From: an uncultured Methanospirillum sp. | Lineage (GTDB): Archaea > Halobacteriota > Methanomicrobia > Methanomicrobiales > Methanospirillaceae | Assembly (NCBI GenBank): GCA_964637135.1 | Contig: CAZWTX010000001.1 | Span: 124,001-188,000, forward strand | Direction of reading: 5' to 3' | Length of the DNA stretch: 64,000 nt | In this document: piece after piece, positions 37,642-48,018 of the stretch | Position numbering within the stretch: the first letter of the stretch is position 1 | Layout of the letters: each line of letters begins with the position of its first letter | The notes under the pieces: generated by a model | What the model saw: only the letters and a program-made list of their open reading frames with translations | The model's database searches: none | Told to the model about the DNA's origin: nothing | Program-made: the position numbers and the translations under genes

Positions 37642-40302
37642 TCAGGAATGGCCAAGGGCACGGCTCATCTCTTCCACCGCGGCAACCAGGAGATCCACTT
37701 CGGTTGCGGTCGAATACGGGGCAAGACTTGCCCGGATCGTTCCTTCGTGAAGACCAAGGTACTCCATTAGCGGCTGGCAGCAGTGATGACCTGACCTGAC
37801 CAGGATATCAGCCTCGTCATCAAGATGCTGGGCAGCCTCATGCGGGTGCATCCCGGCGAGCGTGAAGGAGACCACTCCGATCCGGTCTTCCGGTTTCGGG
37901 GTTGCATACACGGTTACTCCGGGGATACCTGATAATCCGGTAATCAGCCGACCCGAAAGAGCGGAATCATGTGCACGGACCTTTTCCATCCCGATTGACC
38001 GGAGGTAATCTGCGGCAGCTCCAAGCCCGATTCCCCCGCCGATACTCGGTGTTCCAGCCTCGTATCGTTCATACCCTTCGTGGAACCGGACATCATCACC
38101 GGAAACCACATCGACCATCCCTCCCCCGAGCAGGACCGGAGGAAGAATCGCCTCTTTCATCCACAGAACCCCGGTTCCGGTCGGACCAAGCATCTTGTGC
38201 CCGGAAAAGCAGAAGAAATCACAACCGATCTCCCTGACATCCACCGGCATGTGGGGAACGGACTGGGCTCCGTCAATGAGAAGCAATGCACCATATTCCC
38301 GGCAGATGTTGGCAATCTCACGCACCGGGGTGATGACACCGATGGCATTGGATGCATGGGTGACAGAGACCAGCCTGACCGATTCATCCATCAGCGATCT
38401 GAATGCGTCGATATCAAAGAGGTACTCCGGGGTTATGCCGACGATATCAGTTTGTACACCATTCCGGGAGAGCGCCTTCCAGGGAAGGAGGTTAGAATGG
38501 TGTTCAAGGATGCTGGTGAGTATCCGGTCTCCCGGGCTGAACTCAAGCCCTGCAGCCACCATGTTCACCGCTTCGGTGGTGTTTCGGAGAAAGACCGTTG
38601 TTCCCTCTGAACCGCCGATGAACGAAGCAATTTTTTCGTGTGCATGCCAGTACCGCTGGGATGCAATCCTCGTGTACCGGTGTACCCCCCGCCCGATATT
38701 TGCCCGGTACCGGTGCTCATACTCAACCTGGGCACTGATGACCGGTTCAGGAGAAAAACTGGTTGCCGCATTGTCCAGGTAGATGACATCCCCGATGATG
38801 GGGAAATCTGGGCGGATCGTGTCGGGATTAAATCCTTCAGGAGTGGTCATTTCTTCCTGAAAACCACTCTCCGGACCGGCTGAAACGGTCGTGACGGCAG
38901 ACGGCTTTCGGGAAGGAGACCGGGGAGATCCTTTCCGGAGGGTAAAGTCTGCATTGACCGGAATATGGTGTTCACGACAGAGTTCACGCATCTTTGGCGG
39001 GAGTGCCTTCCACCGCCAGAGCCCCCAGGAATAGAATACTTCCGGGTATCCCTTCTCTGCTGCCCACCGGTCGATGAATGCATCCCATCTGGCCGTTATA
39101 TCAGGATGCGTCTTCCTGATCAGTTCGTACTCACTCTCAAGCATCGCGGGGCAGAGATAACAGCCGATACGTTCCAGTCCTTTTTCGTACAGCGGATTAA
39201 TCGCGATATCCTGCCACCAGAGGTAGAGGTATACTTCAAACGCCCGCCAGCTGCGGATCGGGGAGATGTTCAGCTGGAGTGGATTAGCCGGGTTCTGGCT
39301 CGTTTCGTCAAGACCTGCCCGGTTCCAGGACTCATACCACCGGTTTCCCTGGATGGTGACACACGGTCCGGTCTTTGCAAGATAGAGCTTTAATGGATTG
39401 AGCTTGAGGAGCTTGCAGCACCACCGGTTGTCCTTGCCGGGCGGGCCGGCCTTCTCCACTGCCTGCCAGAAATCTCCTCCCTTCGGGATGATCTCGACGC
39501 CCTGTTTCCGGATAAAATCAAGCGTCTCCGGAAACTCAAGACCGGTGTCGATGAAGAAGGCATCGGTGACCCCTGCCTTCTGTGCCAGGCGGAGAACGGC
39601 GGTACTGTCCTTTCCGCCGGAAAATGAGACATTCGCAGTGGGACGATCATGCATATGCTGCTTTATCGTCCGGATGGCATTGCGTTCAAGGTTCTTCAGG
39701 TGGTACCGGTTTTTCCCGATAACCTCATCCCACCCGGGATTTCGCGGGGTCTCCGGCAGAACAGCCTGTATCTCCCTGATCCTGATAGACCCGTCCCTGA
39801 TGACAGCACTGCCGGTCTTTCCCTTGTACCTGACAACGACTGCCCCGTCAGGATGATCTTTTTTCAAGGGAAACCGTTTCCCGCCGATCCTGACCTTTCC
39901 TTCACCAAGATCAGCGATCTCTTCGAGGGGAAGGATCCCCTTCTGTGCATGCGGGAGGATGAATGCCAGTCCTTCCGGGGCGATATCAAGGGAGTATTTC
40001 CGTGATGCCGGACTGAAGGTAAGCCAGCCAAACCGCCGGCCATGCATGATGACCAGATCAGCCCGGTCCGTTCCCCCCGACTTGTTCAGGAGAATAACAT
40101 CAGGAAGCGGGATCTTTCCGAACTGATCATCAAGCAGACCGGAGAGGATCTCGCGATCGGCAGTAAGGGCAGGCCTGAGATCGTACGGCTGGAGCAGCGG
40201 GAGGCTCCGTCCTGTTGCCCCGCAGCCGCATCGCTGCCCAATCAGGGGGACATTACAGGTATCGCACCAATAGAGGACTTTTTTTTGTGCCGGCTCCCGC
40301 AT
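37642..40302 (-). CDS. Fusion of a PAPS/APS-reductase-like domain and a SufS-type cysteine desulfurase
   Basis: N-terminal WCDTC Zn finger, SFSGGKDS, RWCC, RIGCYLCP; linker; YLDNAAT, SGHKMLGP, RSGHHC. Confidence 0.9.
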   Translation of the reverse strand: MREPAQKKVLYWCDTCNVPLIGQRCGCGATGRSLPLLQPYDLRPALTADREILSGLLDDQFGKIPLPDVILLNKSGGTDRADLVIMHGRRFGWLTFSPASRKYSLDIAPEGLAFILPHAQKGILPLEEIADLGEGKVRIGGKRFPLKKDHPDGAVVVRYKGKTGSAVIRDGSIRIREIQAVLPETPRNPGWDEVIGKNRYHLKNLERNAIRTIKQHMHDRPTANVSFSGGKDSTAVLRLAQKAGVTDAFFIDTGLEFPETLDFIRKQGVEIIPKGGDFWQAVEKAGPPGKDNRWCCKLLKLNPLKLYLAKTGPCVTIQGNRWYESWNRAGLDETSQNPANPLQLNISPIRSWRAFEVYLYLWWQDIAINPLYEKGLERIGCYLCPAMLESEYELIRKTHPDITARWDAFIDRWAAEKGYPEVFYSWGLWRWKALPPKMRELCREHHIPVNADFTLRKGSPRSPSRKPSAVTTVSAGPESGFQEEMTTPEGFNPDTIRPDFPIIGDVIYLDNAATSFSPEPVISAQVEYEHRYRANIGRGVHRYTRIASQRYWHAHEKIASFIGGSEGTTVFLRNTTEAVNMVAAGLEFSPGDRILTSILEHHSNLLPWKALSRNGVQTDIVGITPEYLFDIDAFRSLMDESVRLVSVTHASNAIGVITPVREIANICREYGALLLIDGAQSVPHMPVDVREIGCDFFCFSGHKMLGPTGTGVLWMKEAILPPVLLGGGMVDVVSGDDVRFHEGYERYEAGTPSIGGGIGLGAAADYLRSIGMEKVRAHDSALSGRLITGLSGIPGVTVYATPKPEDRIGVVSFTLAGMHPHEAAQHLDDEADILVRSGHHCCQPLMEYLGLHEGTIRASLAPYSTATEVDLLVAAVEEMSRALGHS

Positions 40303-40462
40303 CGTAGTATTTATTGGACTGACCAGGTGATAAGGGGCGTTGCGAGTGGAGGAAAAAAATAATGAGAGGAATATTTAATTAATAATATAAAATAAGGGGA
40401 TATATATTCGGAATCCGGACCTTCTTCCGCCGGGATTAACAATAATACCCGTATTATCTGTT

Positions 40463-41029
40463 ATGCATCTTTTCCTGACCTGCGGACAGCATCCGGTTCA
40501 TACAACCCGTCTCGAACTCATCCCCATGACGGCTGATACCTGCCGGTGGGAACTCGGAAAGGATTATCGTTCCCTTGCATCCTGGCTTGATGCAACCGTT
40601 CCCCCCTCATGGCCTCCTGACCTGCTGGATAAGGATGCTCTCGAGCAGTTCATGGCGATGATCTCAGTTCCCGGTTCTCCTGATTTTCATTCATTTTACT
40701 GGATAAAAAAATCAGATCCTGAATCACCCGGACGGATCCTTATCGGAAGCGGGGGCTTTTTTGTTCCCGGGGATGGGATCCCTGAAATTGGCTACTCTGT
40801 TCTCGAATCGTTCCAAAACAGGGGATATGCATCAGAAGCGGTCAGGGGGATGCTCAGTTGGCTCTTCTCGGAGACCGGTGCTGAGCATGTCCAGGCAACA
40901 ACCTTTCCTGATTTCATTCCGTCAATTAAGGTTCTGACTAAAACAGGGTTTACCCGGAACGGAACCGGAGAACAAGAAGGAAGTATCCGGTTCGAACTGG
41001 CCAGGAACACGGACGAATACCGCGCATAA
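40463..41029 (+). CDS. GNAT acetyltransferase (RimJ/RimL-like)
   Basis: TTRLELIP, EIGYSV..FQNRGYASEA, SIKVLTKTGF. Confidence 0.88.
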   Translation: MHLFLTCGQHPVHTTRLELIPMTADTCRWELGKDYRSLASWLDATVPPSWPPDLLDKDALEQFMAMISVPGSPDFHSFYWIKKSDPESPGRILIGSGGFFVPGDGIPEIGYSVLESFQNRGYASEAVRGMLSWLFSETGAEHVQATTFPDFIPSIKVLTKTGFTRNGTGEQEGSIRFELARNTDEYRA

Positions 41030-41337
41030 AATTTTTAGTATCAATCGCTATATTCTAATACTATGACTTAAGGTACCAAGTAGAGTTTAAATTCCGCTGA
41101 ATCATAAAACCCAAGGCCTAGATCCATCTTTAAATATCAATCTCTTCTTTCCACCATATAATAACCAAATCGCATCATCTCTAATTTGTTAGAAATTACG
41201 CTCAACTGAAAACCCGTATCGCAGAGAACGGTAGTGATTAGTAACGAATTAATGATATCGTGTACTATACCCCACAAATAAAAATATTATTATATGAAAA
41301 GGGGTATTTGCCAATTATATAAGTTACAAAATGGAGC

Positions 41338-43076
41338 GTGTTGAACATGGTAAACAAAAACAGAATGAAAATCACTCATACTGACTCAATGGACTATAAT
41401 GAACGCGAGAAGACTGCACCAGATAATATTAAGTTAGCACTTGCGGATCTTCGCAAAATGAAAGAGCAGTATGGGTGGACATTTGAAGTTGGCTACACGG
41501 CTGCGATGGACTTTGAGATCGAAAAGATCACTGGATTAGTACTCGATAAAGACTGGCTGAATACAGCAAAAAAGCACAACGAGAGTATAAAACCTGTTGA
41601 ATGGATTCGAAACGTGTTCCAAAGTATATGTGATCCAACTCAACAAAAGTTCGACTGGTGCGATCACAATGGAGTCAGATCGGTACGAGATCAAGGATCA
41701 TGTGGTAGCTGTTGGGCTTTTGGTACAATCGGTGCCTTCGAAGGAAGTTACTCTGTCCTGAACCAAGTTCATACCGAGTGCTCAGAACAGAATCTGCTTG
41801 ATTGTACTGGAGGATCCTGTGACGGTGGGCCTATCAGTTTGGATTATATCAGAGATAATGGGGTCGCCAGGGAGTCTGCCTATCCATATGTGGCAAAGAA
41901 GAATCCCTGTAATACAACGATCCCAAGACCATACAAAGCAGTGGTGTATGGGTATGTTGATGACTCTGATAAGGTTCCATCAGTAGATAAAATCAAGCAA
42001 GCTCTCTGCATGTATGGACCGCTTGCGGTTTGCGTCAGAGTAACCCCTGCATTCAGAGCATATACAAGTGATATCTTCAATGAGAATTCCAAAGAACCAG
42101 TAAATCATGCAGTCACCTTGGTTGGATGGGATGATGCAAAACAGGCATGGAAAATAAAAAATTCATGGGGTACCGGTTGGGGAATGTCTGGTTTCATGTG
42201 GATTAGATATGGAGCAAACAAAGTTGGGACTGCAGCACAATGGATTCAGGCTGTCACAAACACAAAGGTCTCAAATATTGGTGCGTTATCGGATCAAACA
42301 GGATGGGACAAACCGCAGTATTATGAAACAATCCAGAGTGCTGACATTGACGGGGATGGCCATGCTGAAATNNNNNNNNNNNNNNNNNNNNNNNNNNNNN
42401 NNNNNNNNNNNNNNNNNNNNNNNNNNNNNNNNNNNNNNNNNNNNNNNNNNNNNNNNNNNNNNNNNNNNNNNAAACAATCCAGAGTGCTGACATTGACGGG
42501 GATGGCCATGCTGAAATATTCGCACGGGGCGTCAACGGTGTCGGAATCTGGAAGTACAATGTTCAGGGCAATAACTGGAGTGAATTATCTCCTATTGGTG
42601 CGTTATCGGATCAAGCAGGATGGGACAAACCGCAGTATTATGAAACAATCCAGAGTGCTGACATTGACGGGGATGGCCATGCTGAAATCTTAGCCCGGGG
42701 CGTCAATGGTGTCGGAATCTGGAAGTACAATGTTCAGGGCAAAAACTGGAGCGAATTATCTCCTATTGGTGCGTTATCGGATCAAGCAGGATGGGACAAA
42801 CCGCAGTATTATGAAACAATCCAAAGTGCTGACATTGACGGGGATGGCCATGCTGAAATCTTAGCCCGGGGTTTCGATGGTATCCGAATCTGGAAGTACA
42901 ATGTTCAGGGCAAAAACTGGAGAGAGGTATGTCCTATTGATGAAATGAAGGATAATATCTGGGATAAACAGCAGTATTATAAAACAATCCAGAGTATTGA
43001 CATAGACGGGGATGGCCATGCTGAAATCTTATCCCGCGGTGTCTATGGTGGCCTAATCTGGAAGCATAGTATATGA
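41338..43076 (+). CDS. C1A papain-family cysteine protease with C-terminal 57-aa FG-GAP/VCBS-like repeats (spans the assembly gap)
   Basis: DQGSCGSCWAF, NHAVTLVGW, KNSWG. After the gap a continuous frame encodes SADIDGDGHAEI repeats to TGA 43074-43076. Confidence 0.85.
42277..43060 (+). repeat. 171-bp coding tandem repeats
   Basis: ACAATCCA[G/A]AGT anchors at 42328, 42474, 42645, 42816 and 42984. Confidence 0.9.
42372..42471. other. Assembly gap (100 N)
   Basis: Run of N. Confidence 1.
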
Positions 43077-43118
43077 TCCCTATCATTTTTTTGCCAATGA
43101 TTATACGGAGGGGTATGA

Positions 43119-43442
43119 TTGGTAAAAAGATTGGTAGTTAATAAAGATTTTAAAAATCCAGTTGAAGCCAATCTCGGTGATGATATTGAAATCCAGCTTG
43201 ATGAAAATATTAGTACCGGTTATAGCTGGATACTTGAAGAAGGGGATCTATCAATTCTTGAAATGGTGAATTCATCGTATGTTGACTCGCAAGGAACGGC
43301 ATTAGGTCGGCCCGGGACGCGAATTCTGCATTTTAGAGTAAAGTCGCGAGGGATACAGCAGATTGTCCTCATATTACGTCGAGTGTGGGAACCTCTGGAA
43401 AAGATAGCGGAAATTATTAAAATTGAGGTAAGGGTTGAATAA
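43119..43442 (+). CDS. Chagasin-family (I42) cysteine protease inhibitor
   Basis: LDENISTGYSW (NPTTGY-like), LGRPG, RRVWE (RPW-like); GGAGGGG upstream of TTG. Confidence 0.85.
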   Translation: MVKRLVVNKDFKNPVEANLGDDIEIQLDENISTGYSWILEEGDLSILEMVNSSYVDSQGTALGRPGTRILHFRVKSRGIQQIVLILRRVWEPLEKIAEIIKIEVRVE

Positions 43443-44008
43443 TTGAGGGAGTTTTGTCAGATATATATTGAAAATAGTATCATTTCCTGGCTCTGTTGAG
43501 AGCCTCAAGAAGAAACAAATAATCTAGGTCTTAACGCTCCTTGTTTAAACATATCTAAACAAATCAAGGGATTATCTTTTTGTAACGGTTCAACCAGTTT
43601 TGTTCGCAATAGAGGGGATGAAAGGATCCCCTTCGAACACCTTGCGAAGAGATCCAAACACAGGCACTTCATTGTTTTTCACGGTTGAAATGTATCCCCT
43701 GACCCTACAGAACTATTCATCCCCTCTGCCACTCACAAAATAGATTGCACGGTTACTGATGCACTCCCCGCAAGTAATACTCACCCGTGCTCATTCATCA
43801 TCCCGGGGGAACGGCAGCCGGTCACCGTCAATCATAGCCGGTCCGGGGTACCTTTATTAACATCCGGTCGTGTCTTATATTCTGGTACCGGGAATTACCT
43901 GGGATATCAGGGAACAATCCGTCGTGAGGATAAAGTCCCATGACTGCACACGACCGGATTCCTGATCATGAATACCTCCCTCTTATTTCCGGATTCAGGG
44001 GTGACGGG

Positions 44009-46786
44009 ATGAATCAGATAAAATGGGTATACGGGTTTTCCGAAGGCAACGGCAAGGACAAGCAGCTGCTCGGCGGGAAAGGAGCGAATCTCTGTGAAAT
44101 GACCCGGATCGGGCTGAACGTTCCCCCGGGGTTTGTTATCACCACCCAGGCATGCCTGGCCTACCTTGCCGATCCCATGCGGCATCTTCCCGAAGGGCTG
44201 ATGGAACAGGCACGCCGGCATCTCGCCGACGTGGAAGCAAAGACCGGGAAGACCTTCGGAGGACGGGAAAAACCACTTCTGGTCTCGGTCAGGTCAGGAT
44301 CTGCCATGTCAATGCCCGGTATGATGGATACCATCCTCAACCTCGGTCTGAACCGGGATACCCTGGCCGGCCTCATATCGCAGACCGGGAACGAACGGTT
44401 CTGTTACGATGCATACCGCCGGTTCATTCAGCTCTTCGGAAAAGTCGCCCTGAATGTCCCTGAGAATCTGTTCGATGCCGAGTTCGAAGAGATCAAGGAG
44501 AGAGCCGGGGCACGGCATGACGTGGATCTTACGGCACAGGATCTTGCCGGGATAGCAGATCGCTTCCTTGAGGTCGTTGAGAAGTATACACACAAGCCGT
44601 TCCCGATGGATCCCTATGAACAGCTTGAGATAGCGATCTGTGCAGTGTTCAACTCATGGATGGGAAAACGGGCCGTCGATTACCGGCGTGAATTCAGGAT
44701 AACACCCGACCAGGCAGATGGAACTGCGGTAAACATCGTCGCAATGGTCTTCGGCAACATGGGTAATGACTCGGGAACCGGTGTCGGGTTCACGCGGGAT
44801 CCCGGTACCGGCGAAAACGTCCTTTTCGGAGAATATCTCGTCAATGCCCAGGGAGAAGATGTGGTCGCCGGTATCCGGACACCTAAACCGCTCAGCGCCA
44901 TGGAAAAGGAGATGCCTGACATGTACCGGCAACTGGTCGCACTCAGGAATCGCCTCGAATCGCATTACCGGGAAGTTCAGGATTTCGAGTTCACCATAGA
45001 ACAGGGGACCCTGTACTGTCTCCAGACCCGGAACGGGAAGATGAATGCAGTTGCACTGGTCCGCACCTCTGTCGAGATGGTAACAGAAGGGATCATCAGA
45101 AAACCGGAGGCATTGCTCAGGATAAAACCCGGCTTACTTGAACAGCTCCTGTTCCCGCGGATAGATACGAATTCAGGGATGAAACCGGTGGCCCGGGGTC
45201 TTCCCGCCTCACCGGGTGCTGCAAACGGTATTGCCGTATTCGATGCCGACCGGGCCGAGATGCTTGGACGGAGCGGAGAAAAAGTTATCCTCGTCAGGGA
45301 GGAGACAAAGCCTGAGGACATACACGGATTTTTTGCGTCACAGGGTATCCTGACGAGCAGGGGAGGAAAAACATCCCATGCAGCCGTAGTGGCACGGGGA
45401 ATGGGAAAACCCTGTGTTGCCGGAGCAGAAGGGATCCATGTTGATGGTGCCATGAAAACCGCTCATGTAGGGGATCTCACCTTCAGTGAAGGAGCATTCA
45501 TCACCATCGACGGCTCCACCGGGGATGTGTATCTGGGGAATGTCCCGATGATCGAACCGGAATTCAGCCAGGAACTGACCACCCTTCTTTCATGGGCAGA
45601 TGAAGAAGCACGCCTGCTCGTGATGGCAAACGCGGATACCCCCGAGGATGCCAGGAAAGCACTTGCGTTCGGGGCGAAGGGGATCGGGCTCTGCCGGACA
45701 GAACGGATGTTCAACGATCCGGCCCGGCTCCCGGTAGTCGTCGAGATGATCGTCTCCGAGACGGCGGAAGACCGCAAAGCCGCCCTTAAAACGCTTCTTC
45801 CAATGCAGCGGGAGGATTTTTCAGGGCTCTTTTCGGTCATGGCCCCACGGCCGGTTACCATCCGGCTGCTCGATCCACCCATTCACGAGTTCCTTCCGAC
45901 TGAAAACCAGCTGGTCGATGAGATCAGGCAACTGAAGAGTCTCCGTGACCAGATCGCCGGGATGCACACTCTTGCATCGACGGTCGATTTCATGTACCGC
46001 GGCAGGGACAACCCTCCATTGATTCCCCGGGCTGCCGATCCGGAGATCGTGGATGCAGCGATTGAGAAGAAGGAGGCGATGCTGAAAAAAGTCAGGTCAC
46101 TCCACGAGATCAACCCGATGCTTGGACACCGGGGTGTGAGACTCGGCCTGACCTTCCCCGAGATCTACATGATGCAGATCCGGGCCATCCTTGAAGCAGC
46201 CGCAGAATGCCAGAAGAACGGAATCGAGGTTCATCCCGAGATCATGGTCCCGCAAGTCTGCACGGCCCAGGAACTGAGGCGGGTCAAGGAATGGGTCGAA
46301 GAGATCAGGGCAGAGGTCGAGGCGTCATACGGGGTGACCCTGGCATTTTCCTTCGGGTCCATGCTTGAGGTCGTCCGTGCCTGCATGCGGGCAGAAAACC
46401 TCGCCGAGGAGGCCGAATTCTTCTCTTTCGGAACAAACGATCTCACCCAGGCAGTATTCTCCTTCTCCCGCGAGGATGCAGAGAACAAATTCCTCCCGAT
46501 GTATAACATGAGCCATATTCTCCAGGACAACCCGTTCGAGGTCCTCGATGTGAAAGGGGTCGGAAGGATCATGGAACTGGCCGTGAAATGGGGACGGGAG
46601 AAACGTCCGTCAATGAAAGTCGGGATCTGCGGGGAACATGGCGGTCACCCGGAGTCTATCGGGTTCTGTCACCAGATCGGGCTGACATACGTATCCTGTT
46701 CAGGTCCCCGTGTTCCGGTTGCCCGGCTTGCTGCCGCCCAGGCTGCCATCCTTCAGGGGGCGAAAGCCGAAGACCGGGCGATCTGA
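44009..46786 (+). CDS. ppdK: Pyruvate, phosphate dikinase
   Basis: LLGGKGANL, VSVRSG, GGKTSHAAVVARG (phospho-His), GIGLCRTE, FGTNDLTQ, GICGEHGG. Confidence 0.97.
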   Translation: MNQIKWVYGFSEGNGKDKQLLGGKGANLCEMTRIGLNVPPGFVITTQACLAYLADPMRHLPEGLMEQARRHLADVEAKTGKTFGGREKPLLVSVRSGSAMSMPGMMDTILNLGLNRDTLAGLISQTGNERFCYDAYRRFIQLFGKVALNVPENLFDAEFEEIKERAGARHDVDLTAQDLAGIADRFLEVVEKYTHKPFPMDPYEQLEIAICAVFNSWMGKRAVDYRREFRITPDQADGTAVNIVAMVFGNMGNDSGTGVGFTRDPGTGENVLFGEYLVNAQGEDVVAGIRTPKPLSAMEKEMPDMYRQLVALRNRLESHYREVQDFEFTIEQGTLYCLQTRNGKMNAVALVRTSVEMVTEGIIRKPEALLRIKPGLLEQLLFPRIDTNSGMKPVARGLPASPGAANGIAVFDADRAEMLGRSGEKVILVREETKPEDIHGFFASQGILTSRGGKTSHAAVVARGMGKPCVAGAEGIHVDGAMKTAHVGDLTFSEGAFITIDGSTGDVYLGNVPMIEPEFSQELTTLLSWADEEARLLVMANADTPEDARKALAFGAKGIGLCRTERMFNDPARLPVVVEMIVSETAEDRKAALKTLLPMQREDFSGLFSVMAPRPVTIRLLDPPIHEFLPTENQLVDEIRQLKSLRDQIAGMHTLASTVDFMYRGRDNPPLIPRAADPEIVDAAIEKKEAMLKKVRSLHEINPMLGHRGVRLGLTFPEIYMMQIRAILEAAAECQKNGIEVHPEIMVPQVCTAQELRRVKEWVEEIRAEVEASYGVTLAFSFGSMLEVVRACMRAENLAEEAEFFSFGTNDLTQAVFSFSREDAENKFLPMYNMSHILQDNPFEVLDVKGVGRIMELAVKWGREKRPSMKVGICGEHGGHPESIGFCHQIGLTYVSCSGPRVPVARLAAAQAAILQGAKAEDRAI

Positions 46787-46805
46787 TAGGTTTTTTCTCA
46801 ATTTT

Positions 46806-47873
46806 TCAGAACATCGTCCTCTCTTCGAGCATCCCTTCAACGAGAGAGAGCCGCTGTTCCAGCCGCTCATCGTAGGTAAGTGCCTTGGCAAGAACGAGGT
46901 ATTTCCGTGCCTCGTTGAGATCGTTTTCCTCAAGGCATTCATCGGCATACGCGATCATCAATTCGACAATCTCCCTGTCCGGTCCGAAGGGAATGCCCCG
47001 TTCAGCGAGGATTCGCTCCCCGTTGGCATTATACCAGTCACGATCGACCGTGATCCCGGTCTCCTGTACCAGGATCTCAAGATCGTGCCGTCCGGCAGGA
47101 TCCGGATCCCAGGTCTCTCCCATGAGAAAGCAGGCAACAGCCCCTTCCATATCCCCGTCACGGGCGAGGAGAGCGGCATAATCCCGGTACGACGCCGCGA
47201 GATCGCCCTCGGTCCAGGAACACCGGAACGCCTCCCTGAGATGAACCCGCATCTCCGCATCCCGGTTCAGGATCAGCTCAAGACCGGCCTGCTCATGGTA
47301 CAGGGATGCATTTACCGGTGAAATGTCAGTCAGCCGGGAGATGATCCGGTATGCCTCACTCACATCGCCCATCTTCCTGAGCAGGAGTGCATGATGAAGC
47401 AGGATATCCACCGGAAGATAGGGAATAACCGGTCGGCCGGTGTCCGGAACAGAACGTGAATAGAGGGCATATTCGATGAAGTCCCTGAAGGCAAGGGGAT
47501 GATGCGGCTCTGCCGCAGCAAGAACCTGTTCGGCTGCGGGAAGGATTCCTGCAAGGATTTGTGCCGTCCGGGGGATGTCGCGGGCATGGAGGGTGTCTCC
47601 GGCCTCCTCAAGGAGGAACGCCATGATGGGAAACGGATCCCTCAGCCGGTCAATAAACGCCGTCACATCCCCGGTTGTGGTCTTCGAGAGAAGGACCGTT
47701 CCCATCTCTGCAAGAATCTGCTGAAAACACCGGCTGTGCCGGTAGTCATCGTACCACCCCGCAAGGTACGCGAGACAGTCATCGCGGTTCTCAGGCAGAT
47801 GCTCCCTGAACCGGTCCAGCAGTGCCTGGCATCTCTCCGTTTCAATCATAGAGGTCACGAACCCTGCAGCCAT
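46806..47873 (-). CDS. Helical-repeat (TPR-like) hypothetical protein
   Basis: Long acidic helical ORF; AGGGGA precedes ATG 47873. Confidence 0.65.
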   Translation of the reverse strand: MAAGFVTSMIETERCQALLDRFREHLPENRDDCLAYLAGWYDDYRHSRCFQQILAEMGTVLLSKTTTGDVTAFIDRLRDPFPIMAFLLEEAGDTLHARDIPRTAQILAGILPAAEQVLAAAEPHHPLAFRDFIEYALYSRSVPDTGRPVIPYLPVDILLHHALLLRKMGDVSEAYRIISRLTDISPVNASLYHEQAGLELILNRDAEMRVHLREAFRCSWTEGDLAASYRDYAALLARDGDMEGAVACFLMGETWDPDPAGRHDLEILVQETGITVDRDWYNANGERILAERGIPFGPDREIVELMIAYADECLEENDLNEARKYLVLAKALTYDERLEQRLSLVEGMLEERTMF

Positions 47874-48018
47874 GATGTCTCCCCTGATCGGCAGCGAGAC
47901 CGGATGCATGGGAAATAGGCAGGTATCCACCTCCTTTGAACCCCATCTGCGATAATACCTGGCATTCCGGGGATACGAATACATATCACACATCATGCCC
48001 GATTCCTATCAGGGGATC

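Noticed and set aside
37642..40302. Bona fide Dnd/Ssp phosphorothioation locus
   Set aside because: No DndB/D/E or SspB/C/E-like genes nearby and host-like composition; kept only as a chemical analogy.
42472..42693. ORF-track C-terminus of the protease (KQSRVLTLTG...)
   Set aside because: Wrong frame caused by the arbitrary 100-N gap; the real frame runs to 43076.
42277..43060. 171-bp repeats as CRISPR or DGR template/variable repeats
   Set aside because: They are in-frame protein repeats, there is no reverse transcriptase nearby, and the differences are not adenine-specific.
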